Shown here piece by piece: positions 51,601 through 63,855 of a stretch of DNA of 64,000 nt. Numbering within the stretch: the first letter of the stretch is position 1; each line of letters begins with the position of its first letter. The DNA comes from Squalus acanthias (Eukaryota). Position numbers and translations under genes: made by a program. The DNA is taken from positions 930,001 to 994,000 of the forward strand of contig CM059433.1 in NCBI GenBank assembly GCA_030390025.1, given 5' to 3'. The notes beneath the pieces were generated by a model that ran no database searches, had not been told where the DNA came from, and was given only the letters and a program-made list of their open reading frames with translations.

Positions 51601-54600
51601 CTATGGGGATACAGTGAGCTGATGTCTATGGGGATACAGTGAGCTGATGTCTATGGTGATACAGTGAGCTGATGTCTATGGGGATACAGTGTGTTGATGC
51701 CTATGGGGATACAGTGAGCTAATGTCTATGGGGATACAGTGAGCTGATGTCTATGGGGATACAGTGAGCTGATGTCTATGGTGATACAGTGAGCTGATGT
51801 CTATGTGGATACAATGTGTTGATGCCTATGGGGATACAGTGAGCTGATGCCGATGGGGATACAGTGAGCTAATGTCTATGGGGATACAGTGAGCTGATGT
51901 CTATGGGGATACAGTGAGCTGATGTCTATGGGGATACAGTGAGCTGATGTCTATGGTGATACAGTGAGCTGATGTCTATGGGGATACAGTGTGTTGATGC
52001 CTATGGGGATACAGTGAGCTGATGTCTATGGGGATACAGTGAGCTGATGTCTATGGGGATACAGTGAGCTGATGTCTATGGGGATACAATGAGCTGATGT
52101 CTATGGGGATACAGTGTGTTGATGTCTATGAGGATACAATGAGCTCATGTCTATGGGGATATAGTGAGCTGATGTCTATGGGGATATAGTGAGCTGATGC
52201 CTATGGGGATACAATGATCTGATGTCTATGGGGATACAGTAGGCTGATGTCTATGGGGATATAGTGAGCTGATGTCTATGGGGATATAGTGAGCTGATGC
52301 CTATGGGGATACAATGAGCTGATGTCTATGGGGATACAGTGAGCTGATGTCTATGGGGATACAGTGAGCTGATGTCTATGGGGATATAGTGAGCTGATGT
52401 CTATGGGGATACAGTGTGTTGATGTCTATGGGGATACAGTGTGTTGATGTCTTTGGGGATACAGTGAGCTGATGTCTATGGGGATACAGTGTGTTGAAGT
52501 CTATGGGGATACAGTGAGCTGATGTCTATGGGGATACAGTGAGCTGATGTCTATGGGGATATAGTGAGCTGATGCCTATGGGGAAGCAGTGAGCTGATGT
52601 CTATGGGGATACAGTGTGTTGATGTCTATGGGGATACAGTGAGCTGATGTCTATGGGGATACAGTGTGTTGATGTCTATGGGGATATAGTGCGCTGATGT
52701 CTATGGGGATACAGTGAGCTGATGCCTATGGGGATACAGTGAGCTGATGTCTATGGGGATACAGTGTGTTGATGCCTATGGGGATACAGTGAGCTGATGC
52801 CTATGGGGATACAGTGAGCTGATGCCTATGGGGATACAGTGAGCTGATGTCTATGGTGATACAGTGAGCTGATGTCTATGGGGATACAGTGTGTTGATGC
52901 CTATGGGGATATAATGAGCTGATGCCTATGGGGATACAGTGAGCTGATGCTTATAGGGATACAGTGAGCTGATGTCTATGGGGATACAGTGTGTTGATGT
53001 CTATGGGGATACAGTGAGCTGATGTCTATTGGGATACAGTGAGCTGATGCCTATGGGGATACAGTGTGTTGATGTCTATGGGGATACAGTGAGCTGATGT
53101 CTATGGGGATACAGTGTGTTGATGTCTATGGGGATATAGTGCGCTGATGTCTATGGGGATACAGTGAGCTGATGCCTATGGGGATACAGTGTGTTGATGT
53201 CTATGGGGATATAGTGCGCTGATGTCTATGGGGATACAATGAGCTGATGCCTATGGCGAAGCAGTGAGCTGATGCCTATGGGGATACAGTGAGCTGATGT
53301 CTATGGGGATACAGTGAGCTGATGTCTATGGTGATACAGTGAGCTGATGTCTATGGGGATACAGTGTGTTGATGCCTTTGGGGATACAGTGAGCTGATGT
53401 CTATGGGGATACAATGAGCTGATGTCTATGGGGATACAGTGAGCTGATGTCTATGGTGATACAGTGAGCTGATGTCTATGGGGATACAGTGTGTTGATGT
53501 CTATGGGGATTGAGTGTGTTGATGCCTATGGGGATACAGTGAGCTTATGTCTATGGGGATACAATGAGCTGATGTCTATGAGGATACAGTGAGCTGATGT
53601 CTATGGTGATACAGTGAGCTGATGTCTATGGGGATACAGTGTGTTGATGCCTATGGGGATACAGTGAGCTGATGTCTATGGGGATACAGTGAGCTGATGT
53701 CTATGGGGATACAGTGAGCTGGTGTCTATGGGGAAGCAGTGAGCTGATGACTATGGGGATTCAGTGAGCTGATGTCTCTGGGGATACAGTGAGCTGATGT
53801 CTATGGGGATACAGTGAGCTGATGTCTATGGGGATACAGAGAGCTGATGTCTATGGGGATACAGTGAGCTGATGTCTATGGGGATAGAGTGAGCTGATGT
53901 CTATGGGGATACAGTGTGTTGATGCCTATGGGGATACAATGAGCTGATGTCTATGGGGATACAGTGTGTTGATGTCTATGAGGATACAATGAGCTCATGT
54001 CTTTTAGGATATAGTGAGCTGATGTCTATGGGGATATAGTGAGCTGTTGCCTATGGGGATACAATGAGCTGATGTCTATGGGGATACAGTGAGCTGATGT
54101 CTATGGGGATATAGTGAGCTGATGTCTATGGGGATATAGTGAGCTGATGCCTATGGGGATACAATGAGCTGATGTCTATGGGGATACATTGAGCTGATGT
54201 CTATGGGGATACAGTGAGCTGATGTCTATGGGGATATAGTGAGCTGATGTCTATGGGGATACAGTGTGTTGATGTCTATGGGGATACAATGAGCTGATAT
54301 CTATGGGGATACAGTGTGTTGATGTCTATGGGGATACAGTGAGCTTATGTCTATGGGGATACAATGAGCTGATATCTATGGGGATATAGTGAGCTGATGC
54401 CTATGAGGATACAGTGTGTTGATGTCTATGGGGATAAAGTGTGTTGATGTCTATGGGGATACAGTATGTTGATGTCTATGGGGATACAGTGTGTTGATGT
54501 CTATGGGGATACAGTGAGCTGATGCCTATGGGGATATAATGAGCAGATGTCTATGGGGATGCAGTGAGCTGATGCCTATGGGGATACAGTGTGTTGATGT

Positions 54601-57600
54601 CTATGGGGATACAGTGTGTTGATGTCTATGGGGATACAGTGCGTTGATGTCTATGGGGATACAGTGAGCTGATGTCTATGGGGATACAGTGAGCTGATAT
54701 CTATGGGGATACAGTGAGCTGATGTCTATGGGGATACAGTGTGTTGATGTCTATGGGGAAGCAGTGAGCTGATGCCTATGGGGATGAAGTAAGCTGATGT
54801 CTATGAGATATAGTGAGCTGATGCCTATGGGGATACAGTGAGCTGATGTCTATGGGGATACAGTGAGCTGATGTCTATGGGGATACAATGAACTGATGCC
54901 TATGGGGAAGCAGTGAGCTGATGCCTATGGGGATACAGTGAGCTGATGTCTATGGGGATACAGTGAGCTGATGTCTATGGTGATACAGTGAGCTGATGTC
55001 TATGGGGATACAGTGTGTTGATGCCTATGGGGATACAGTGAGCTAATGTCTATGGGGATACAGTGAGCTGATGTCTATGGGGATACAGTGAGCTGATGTC
55101 TATGGTGATACAGTGAGCTGATGTCTATGTGGATACAATGTGTTGATGCCTATGGGGATACAGTGAGCTGATGCCGATGGGGATACAGTGAGCTAATGTC
55201 TATGGGGATACAGTGAGCTGATGTCTATGGGGATACAGTGAGCTGATGTCTATGGGGATACAGTGAGCTGATGTCTATGGTGATACAGTGAGCTGATGTC
55301 TATGGGGATACAGTGTGTTGATGCCTATGGGGATACAGTGAGCTGATGTCTATGGGGATACAGTGAGCTGATGTCTATGGGGATACAGTGAGCTGATGTC
55401 TATGGGGATACAATGAGCTGATGTCTATGGGGATACAGTGTGTTGATGTCTATGAGGATACAATGAGCTCATGTCTATGGGGATATAGTGAGCTGATGTC
55501 TATGGGGATATAGTGAGCTGATGCCTATGGGGATACAATGATCTGATGTCTATGGGGATACAGTAGGCTGATGTCTATGGGGATATAGTGAGCTGATGTC
55601 TATGGGGATATAGTGAGCTGATGCCTATGGGGATACAATGAGCTGATGTCTATGGGGATACAGTGAGCTGATGTCTATGGGGATACAGTGAGCTGATGTC
55701 TATGGGGATATAGTGAGCTGATGTCTATGGGGATACAGTGTGTTGATGTCTATGGGGATACAGTGTGTTGATGTCTTTGGGGATACAGTGAGCTGATGTC
55801 TATGGGGATACAGTGTGTTGAAGTCTATGGGGATACAGTGAGCTGATGTCTATGGGGATACAGTGAGCTGATGTCTATGGGGATATAGTGAGCTGATGCC
55901 TATGGGGAAGCAGTGAGCTGATGTCTATGGGGATACAGTGTGTTGATGTCTATGGGGATACAGTGAGCTGATGTCTATGGGGATACAGTGTGTTGATGTC
56001 TATGGGGATATAGTGCGCTGATGTCTATGGGGATACAGTGAGCTGATGCCTATGGGGATACAGTGAGCTGATGTCTATGGGGATACAGTGTGTTGATGCC
56101 TATGGGGATACAGTGAGCTGATGCCTATGGGGATACAGTGAGCTGATGCCTATGGGGATACAGTGAGCTGATGTCTATGGTGATACAGTGAGCTGATGTC
56201 TATGGGGATACAGTGAGCTGATGTCTATGGGGATACAGTGTGTTGATGCCTATGGGGATATAATGAGCTGATGCCTATGGGGATACAGTGAGCTGATGCT
56301 TATAGGGATACAGTGAGCTGATGTCTATGGGGATACAGTGTGTTGATGTCTATGGGGATACAGTGAGCTGATGTCTATTGGGATACAGTGAGCTGATGCC
56401 TATGGGGAAGCAGTGTGTTGATGTCTATGAGGATACAGTGAGCTGATGTCTATGGGGATACAGTGAGCTGATGTCTATGGGGATACAGTGAGCTGATGCC
56501 TATGGGGATACAGTGAGCTGATGTCTATGGGGAAACAGTGTGTTGATGTCTATGGGGATATAGTGAGCTGATGTCTATGGGGATACAGTGTGTTGATGTC
56601 AATGGGGATACAGTGAGCTGATGTCTATGGTGATACAGTGAGCTGATGTCTATGGGGATACAGTGAGCTGATGTCTATGGGGATACATTGAGCTGATGTC
56701 TGTGGGGATACAGTGAGCTGATGTCTATGGGGATATAGTGAGCTGATGCCTATGGGGAAGCAGTGAGCTGATGTCTATGGGGATACAGTGAGCTGATGTC
56801 TATGGGGATACAGTGTGTTGATGTCTATGGGGATACAGTGTGTTGATGTCTATGGGGATACAGTGAGCTGATGTCTATGGTGATACAGTGAGCTGATGTC
56901 TATGGGGATATAGTGAGCTGATGTCTATGTGGATACAGTGTGTTGATGTCTATGGGGATACAGTGAGCTGATGTCTATGGGGATACAATGAGCTGATGCC
57001 TATGGTGATACAGTGAGCTGATGCCTATGGGGATACAGTGTGTTGATGCCTATGGGGATACAGTGAGCTGATGTCTATGGGGATACAGTGAGCTGATGTC
57101 TATGGTGATACAGTGAGCTGATGTCTATGGGGATATAGTGAGCTGATGTCTATGTGGATACAGTGTGTTGATGTCTATGGGGATACAGTGAGCTGATGTC
57201 TATGGGGATACAATGAGCTGATGCCTATGGTGATACAGTGAGCTGATGCCTATGGGGATACAGTGTGTTGATGCCTATGGGGATACAGTGAGCTGATGTC
57301 TATGGGGATACAGTGAGCTAATGCCTATGGGGATACAGTGTGTTGATGTCTATGGGGATACAGTGAGCTGATGCGTATGGGGATACAGTGAGCTGATGCC
57401 TATGTGGATACAGTGTGTTGATGTCTATGGGGATACAGTGAGCTGATGTCTATGGGGATACAATGAGCTGATGCCTATGGGGAAGCAGTGAGCTGATGCC
57501 TATGGGGATATAGTGAGCTGATGCCTATGGGGATACAGTGAGCTGATATCTATGGGGATACAGTGAGCTGATGTCTATGGGGATATAGTGAGCTGATGCC

Positions 57601-58122
57601 TATGGGGATACAGTGCGCTAATGTCTATGGGGATACAGTGAGCTGATGTCTATTGTGATACAGTGAGCTGATGTCTATGGGGATACAGTGTGTTGATGTC
57701 TATGGGGATATAGTGAGCTGATGTCTATGGGGATATAGTGAGCTGATGTCTATGGGGATACAGTGAGCTGATGTCTATAGGGATACAGTGAGCTGATGTC
57801 TATGGGGATAAAGTGAGCTGATGCCTATGGGGAAACAGTGTGTTGATGTCTATGGGGATACAGTGAGCTGATGCCTATGGGGAAGCAGTGTGTTGATGTC
57901 TATGGGGATATAGTGAGCTGATGTCTATGGGGATATAGTGAGCTGATGTCTATGGGGATACAGTGAGCTGATGTCTATGGGGATACAGTGAGCTGATGTC
58001 TATGGGGAAGCAGTGTGTTGATGTCTATGGGGATACAGTGAGCTGATGTCTATGGGGATACAGTGAGCTGATGTCTATGAGGAAGCAGTATGTTGATGTC
58101 TATGGGGATACAGTGAGCTGAT
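21654..58122. repeat. 25-bp tandem satellite, right arm (~1,460 monomers)
   Basis: Same monomer and orientation as the left arm. It ends abruptly at ...CAGTGAGCTGAT|ACCAGG. Confidence 0.99.
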
Positions 58123-58293
58123 ACCAGGCATTTCCACACAGGAGAAGGGAGAATCAGAAGCAAAGTCATTCCCATCTCCTAACAGTTTGCTCAGATGAGA
58201 CCTGGGGAGGCCTGCGAGTCGCTGCCCTCTGGGACTTAGTTGTTGTATGCCCTGGGAAGATGGAAATAAAGGGAAGGGAAAATAACTCAGAGG

Positions 58294-58455
58294 CAACGTT
58301 CTCTCTAAGATGCATGGCCGCGCATTTCTCTGCTGGTCCTGCGCAGCCGAGGACCAGCTTTTCCAACGCTAAGTTTCTCGCATGCACAAAACTGTAAATG
58401 GGCTGCGCAGCCCCTAACAGGGCCGTGCACCCAAAGAAAATTAGGGGGGACATTG
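58294..58455. mobile_element. 162-bp MITE, hAT-like
   Basis: Perfect 8-bp TSD CTCAGAGG (58286-58293 and 58456-58463). Imperfect 15-bp TIRs CAACGTTCTCTCTAA / TTAGGGGGGACATTG (11/15). Confidence 0.75.
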
Positions 58456-58834
58456 CTCAGAGGTGCAATTTATTTCAAACCGCACCAGAATATATATAAT
58501 ATTTAAAGGAATTAAATGCAGCTGCCCATTGATATAACTACGCCTAGAAGCTGAGGAAATATAATATTATAATGAGGAAAGCATTGTTAGTGGTTCCTGT
58601 GCTACTGCTATTACATCAGCTGCATTGTCCCTACACTGCACAGAATAACAGGTTCAACAAGATCAGAAGTGTCCTTTTCAATCTAATGCAAACTCTAGTT
58701 GTATCATCAATTATAGTGATAATTCAGTCCTTAATTTAAATTAAGCAATAGCAAATTGACTAGCAGGCACATGGGATAGCAGATTTAACAAGTACAAAAT
58801 GCTTTGTTTTATCCAATGTAGCGAAATTGCTATT

Positions 58835-59010
58835 CATAAGAACATAAGAAATAGGAGCAGGAATTGGCCATTCGGTCCCTCGAGCCTGCTCCGCCATTCA
58901 ATAAGATCATGGCTGATCTGATCTTGGCCTCAACTCCACTTCCCTGCCTGCTCCCCGTAACCCTTGACTCCCCTGTAACTCAAATATCTGTCTATCTCCA
59001 CCTTCAAGAT
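58835..59010 (-). mobile_element. 3' end of a CR1-clade LINE (or its partner SINE), shark/ray type
   Basis: CATAAGAA tandem tail followed by ATAGGAGCAGG...GGCCATTCGG.CCCTCGAGCCTGCTCCGCCATTCAATAAGATCATGGCTGATC, which I recall as an abundant chondrichthyan CR1 3' UTR. Confidence 0.7.
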
Positions 59011-59024
59011 ACAAATGGAAAGAA

Positions 59025-59155
59025 AAATAAAACTGCAAATGCTGGAATTCTGAGATAAATCAGGAAATGTTGGAAATATGCAGCAGGCCCACCAGCATAT
59101 TAAAAGAATGTTTATGTTAAGGGTTTGGGTGTAAAATCTTCATCAGAACTGAAAA
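59025..59155. repeat. Degenerate interspersed repeat fragment resembling a common shark repeat (possibly a Penelope-like terminus)
   Basis: ACTGCAAATGCTGGAA...GAAATGTTGGAAATATGCAGCAGG...CATCAGAACTG pattern, recognised from memory only. Confidence 0.4.
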
Positions 59156-59384
59156 TTGAAAGATAGATGAACTATTTAATGCAACTGAACAAAACAAAGG
59201 TGGGGTCATTTTGACTTGGTGCGATAGTGTAAAACGGACGATAGCGAATCGGCAGCCCGTTTTACATCTCTCCCGATTTTTATTTCTAGGCTTTCTGGGA
59301 CCCATTCTTGAAGACCCACATAAGGATAGTCCTGAAGTAGGAGCGGAGGCAGGTCATGTTGTGGAGATGGAAATAATCGGTGCG

Positions 59385-59740
59385 TGGAACCGCATGAGGA
59401 CAGTTCTTCGAAAGTGGACAACAGAGGAGAGGCAATGACGGAGGATAGTGTGGATGGTGTTACAGAGAGGTCAAGGAGGACAAAAAGGGATAATGCACCA
59501 TGGTCATAGTCACAGAGGATAACATCTGTTCCATTGACATGACTGAAAAGGGCAGTCTTAGTGCTGTGAGGAGGGTGGAAGCCGGGCGGAAGAGATTCAA
59601 ATAGGATGTTTTAGGAGAGACAGGCAGAGAGCTGGGTGGCAACTATGTATGAGAAGAAAGGGAAATTAGAAATGGGGTTGTAATTAGAGAAGATGATGAG
59701 TCAAGGTGGGTTTTTTGAGGAGAGGTGATACAACATCATC
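59385..59740 (-). pseudogene. Decayed L2/CR1-group LINE ORF2 reverse transcriptase fragment
   Basis: Minus-strand translation gives LFESL..GF.P.HSTKTAL...ILCDYDHGALSLFVLLDLS and HTILRHCLSSVV. This matches the non-LTR RT motif QSGFR..HSTETAL...LLDLSAAFDTVDH, with indels. Confidence 0.7.
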
Positions 59741-61363
59741 TTTGATCAGGTAAATTGGAAAAAAAATGAACATTTCAGTTGGTATCAGAGCTTCTTTGTG
59801 GCTATAACCAGCACACCTTCACTTTTATACCAACTACCCATTGGCCAAGTTGCTAGATCCCAGATGTAAATTATCATTCACTCCATGGTATTTCCCAGTA
59901 CATTGTTAAAATCATAATTGATAGTCTTTATCCAATTTCTAATGATACAGTTATCAACTCTCCATGGCACATAACTATCCCGCAAAGAGGAAAACTTTTA
60001 TGTGATATCAGAGGCTCCCTATAACATGGGCACCATCCTATTTTTTGAAAGTAAGACCTGAATTAAAGACATACAAATTTGAAATATCAATGAGGGTTCT
60101 GGACAGACCAGTGGCTACCATCACCCTGAATTTCCAGAGGGTTGTCCCGATTTCCTGCCTTAACTTTGTGGGAGGATCATCAGAAACCCTGAAGAAACGG
60201 TGTAAACGGCCATTTATGCCATTTCTTTGGGAATTTTGTTGATCTACCTTCAGAGAACCCCCGTGAAAATTCCAGGCAAATGTTTTTTGGTAATATTTTA
60301 TGCTCATCAATCAAAGTAAAAGGTGTCAGTGCTGGGAAAACACTTTCTGACCCAACTGCTGCATTGAACACTCCCAGACATTCATCCGAGGAGGGTCGTA
60401 TGGAATGAGACAAATTAGAGGACAAATACAATGAAATATACAGAATTTAATTAGTGATTAAAGAATACTTGTATGAGTATTAGAACTTTTGGATTAAAAT
60501 AACATACAGGAAAAAAGATGAACAGATATATTATGATGTTTATTTGCCTACCTATCAATAATCCACTGGCCCTTCTGTTGTGCAAACTGATGATTATTGT
60601 ATTTTTATTCTTATGGAAACTGGTTATTTATCTCTCTTGGTGATTCAGAAATGTTACGGCTGCTTTTATTCTATGAACAAGTTACTTAAGGGGTTAGTTC
60701 CTAATAATTACATGACGGAAAACTGCTGCTGTTTATCAAAACTGGAAATCTGTAATAATGATCAAAGTTATGCTGTGACGTGGGAAAATAACCTCTCGGC
60801 ACAGTTAATTAAACATTTCAAGAGTATAACGTATATTTCATTGCATTTGTTTCCAGGGAGAAACCGTTCCTGTTAGTGTGGATTTCTTATGGAATTTGGA
60901 GAATGCTGATTTTGGTAAAGCTGACTGATCTTGTTTGGCTTTTTTTATTTAGTTCCCACTGACCAACTGACACGAGCCATAGCTGTTGGTGGGAAGGTGC
61001 CTTGGAACTTTGCTCAACAGCACAAAAGAAAGCTTCTCTCACAATGGTTTTTGACCAGATCCCACTAGGACACGTTGCTCCATTTAGTCAGACTTCGTAG
61101 GGTTCCTGTAATAGACGCATTCCTGGACAGCATGCTGCACAGAACGATATTCTTATCGTTTGAAATTTATACTTTGGAAAATGGCATGACTCAACAGCTG
61201 TTCTGTATAATTTAACTAATATTAAAGTGACAGTGCTTTATGTCTAACATTATGAGGAAATATATCCTTTTTACTGGAAAATTAACTAGCTTAAAGGTTT
61301 ATCAGTGCTCAGTTTGCCACTAATGTTAATAGTTCTTTCCTCCACAACTTCCTCCCACAATAG

Positions 61364-61577
61364 CATAGAATCATAGATTATTAAACACAGACACAGACAC
61401 AGACCACTGAGCCCATCAAGTCTGTGCCAGAGATTTTCTCCAGCTGAGTCTCTCTTGCTCGCTCCAGAGGCCCCTCGACGTTGATCTTTTTCAAACTATT
61501 ATCTAATATTCCCTTTTTAAAAGAATTTATGGCCTCTGCTTCAACAACAGTTTGTGGCAGAAAATTGCACAATCGAA
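61364..61577 (-). mobile_element. CR1 LINE 3' fragment (ORF2 C-terminus and tail)
   Basis: NFLPQTVVEAEAINSFKKG.LD matches the CR1 ORF2 C-terminal WN.LP..VV.A.S...FK..LD motif. CATAGAAT-type tail. Confidence 0.7.
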
Positions 61578-61599
61578 CGTGGCTCAGTGAGTAGCAACC

Positions 61600-62660
61600 T
61601 TGGGGACGGGAGGGGCTAGGAATGAGCAGGTGCTGCTGGGTGCTTGATTACTGCAGGGAGTTGGAGTAAGTTTGTAAAAAGTTGGTGGTGGTTTTTTTTT
61701 CAGGTTTTAGAGCCTTTTTGGTCCTTAAACAGCAGCCATTTGCTGAGGATCCCGGAGTGCCGGGCTTCTCAGAGGACAATGTTCCCAGGATGATTTTAAT
61801 CAGGGGAAAAAATGTCAGGGGAAGAGAGAAAAAAAGGCCCAAAGATTTGGGCCGGGGCCCCAGGAGGTTTGGAAAAGAAAACACGGTGGTGGTTCGGTGC
61901 GAGGATAAGGAGATACGAACTTGGGATATTATCCAGGCTGTACATGAGGACTGTGTCGAGGGGAACTGCTTTGCCTGCTGGCCAAAGCCGAATGTTGGAT
62001 TAGAGGTGACAGTCAGTGGCCGAGAGGAGGTTTGAAAGACTTTTACTGAGTTTGAAGGTTGGAGATAAGTTCTTGGAGGTATCTCTGCTTTATTCTGAAG
62101 AGATGGTGGTCTCATTCTTAAACCTGCCGGTTTATATTGAGGACAATGTACTAATAAAAAAGTTGGAGTCGTGGGACATTAAAAAAAAGGAGATACTATC
62201 CAGGAACACGGGTAGCAGATGGAACCCATTATGTAAAGGTGCGGTTTCCAGATGGGGTGAAGTCATTGCCGTATAGCATGAAATTTGAGACAATGGAAGG
62301 AGTGCAGTACTTTCAGGTATTGCATGATAACCAGGTGAAGGTTTGTTATTATTGTCTTGGACACGACCATCTTGTAAGAAGCTGTCTGGACTTGTACTGT
62401 TATAACTGCGGCGAGTCTGGACACATCGCTCGGTGTTGCAAGGCAGAGAGCTGTGGGGTGTGTCACAAAGGCCCCACCGGCTGTCAGTGTGAGGCAGAAG
62501 GAAGCACCCTTGAGTGATGAGATGGGAGAAGGAGAAGGAGAAGGAGGTGTGAGTGGAGCAGCTGGAGGAGTGGAGCAGGCAGAGGACACAGCTGGTGAAT
62601 GGAAGGAGAAAAGAGTGCAGGAAGAGGTAGAAAATTGCAGAGCAGAGAACAGGATGGAGA
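61600..62660 (+). pseudogene. Tx1/L1-clade non-LTR retrotransposon ORF1 (Gag-like CCHC protein), two frameshifts
   Basis: Three consecutive ORFs in three different frames (61682, 62016, 62239) join into KENTVVV...VVSFLNLPVYIED...RFPDGVKSLPYSMKFET...QVKVCYYCLGHDHLVRSC...CYNCGESGHIARCC, followed by an acidic tail. Confidence 0.75.
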
Positions 62661-62661
62661 T

Positions 62662-62893
62662 GGGAGTTCTCCCCGGTGTCCTGGCCAATAATTATCCCTC
62701 AATCAACATCACTAAAACAGATAATCTGGTCATTTTCACATTGCTGTTTGTGGGAGCTTGCTGTTTGCAAATTGGCTCCCACATTTCCTACATTACAACA
62801 GTGACTACACTCCAAAAGTACTTCATTGACTGTAAAGCGCTTTGGGATGTCCGGTGGTCGTGAAAGACGCTGTATAAATGCAAGTCTTTCTTT
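62662..62893 (+). mobile_element. 3' part of a Deu-domain SINE with an L2/CR1-type tail
   Basis: GGGAGTTCTCCCCGGTGTCCTGGCCAA (Deu-domain end, as recalled) through TGTAAAGCGCTTTGGGA...TATAAATGCAAGTCTTTCTTT. Confidence 0.7.
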
Positions 62894-62965
62894 ATGTAAA
62901 GAAATGTTTTCTAACCACCTTTTTAATTCTTTTGTGATCATCTTACATTTGTGCTAAAAGGTATT

Positions 62966-63721
62966 GGCCGCAAAATTCGGATTGTTTGTGCCTCCTGTTA
63001 GCGCCTGGCAGGGGCACTAACAGGGCGCTAAGGGTTAGCGGCGAATGCAGCGACGCCCGCGAACTTCAGTGCCGGTTTAGCGCTGGCGCCAACTCTTACC
63101 ACCTGGGCCTCTAGCACCTCGCAGATCGTGACGTCATCAAGTGCGCAGCGCCCCATTAGCGCCCAGATATGAAATTAACTTTCGCCCCCTGCATTATCGC
63201 CTTGCGCTGACAACGGCAGCAAGAGGAAGCGTTCTGAAGTCAGATGGCCGTTTCGGGAGCGATAATTAAAGGGAATGCTTATCAGATCGCTGAACCGTTA
63301 TTATTTGCACCAGTCTGGTGCCGGCGCAAAGCTTTCACTCTTTCATTGTTCCAGGATGTCCAAGCCCTCCACTTGGTGACAGTGTTTGGGGCTGTATTGC
63401 CAGTCGCCTTGCAAGACTGCAGTGCCGACAAATAGCTTCTGGTGCTGGATTGTTCCTTCCCTTTAAGCGAGGGAAGCAGCCTCTGTGATTGAAGAGTGCT
63501 GGCTGGAATGCGCTGCAAATCGTCTCGCGCTCTGCCGGTACCGCCCCGCTTTCCGACTTTAGCACCCTAAGAGAAGTGGTAGCGCTTGATTTAGCTCCAC
63601 TTCCCTCTTGGAGCGCTACAACTGAATTTCTCGGGAACCTATCATCATTAGCGCCTGGCGCTAATTTTTCAGCTTTCGAAGTTTTAGCGCCCCAAACAGG
63701 GCTATAATGAATTTCTCCCCC
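62966..63721. mobile_element. Non-autonomous DNA transposon-like element rich in TAGCGCC motifs
   Basis: Imperfect TIRs GGCCGCAAAATTC / GAATTTCTCCCCC (9/13), ATT on both flanks (possible 3-bp TSD), and repeated AGCGCC/GGCGCT motifs in a CpG-rich body. Confidence 0.55.
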
Positions 63722-63855
63722 ATTGACTCATTAGTCAAGACAACTAGGATCTTTACTGTACTACTGACAGTGATCCTTCACCTGACTTGTGAATATTATT
63801 GGATGGTTGGAAGGACAATTGGGCACCTAGACAGTTGACTATTTTAAGGAGCTTT

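Noticed and set aside
1..58122. 25-bp repeats as a CRISPR array
   Set aside because: Monomers are head-to-tail with no unique spacers, there are no cas genes, and the context is eukaryotic.
60038..60431. Overlapping 65-90 aa ORFs in unique sequence
   Set aside because: No recognisable domain or convincing splice boundaries.
60857..61068. Two exon-like segments (GETVPVSVDFLW... and VPTDQLTRAI...)
   Set aside because: The implied intron is only ~38 nt, too short for a vertebrate, and the peptides are not recognisable.
61682..62517. Domesticated ZCCHC3-like host gene
   Set aside because: Two frameshifts and the surrounding repeat fragments indicate a decayed retrotransposon ORF1.
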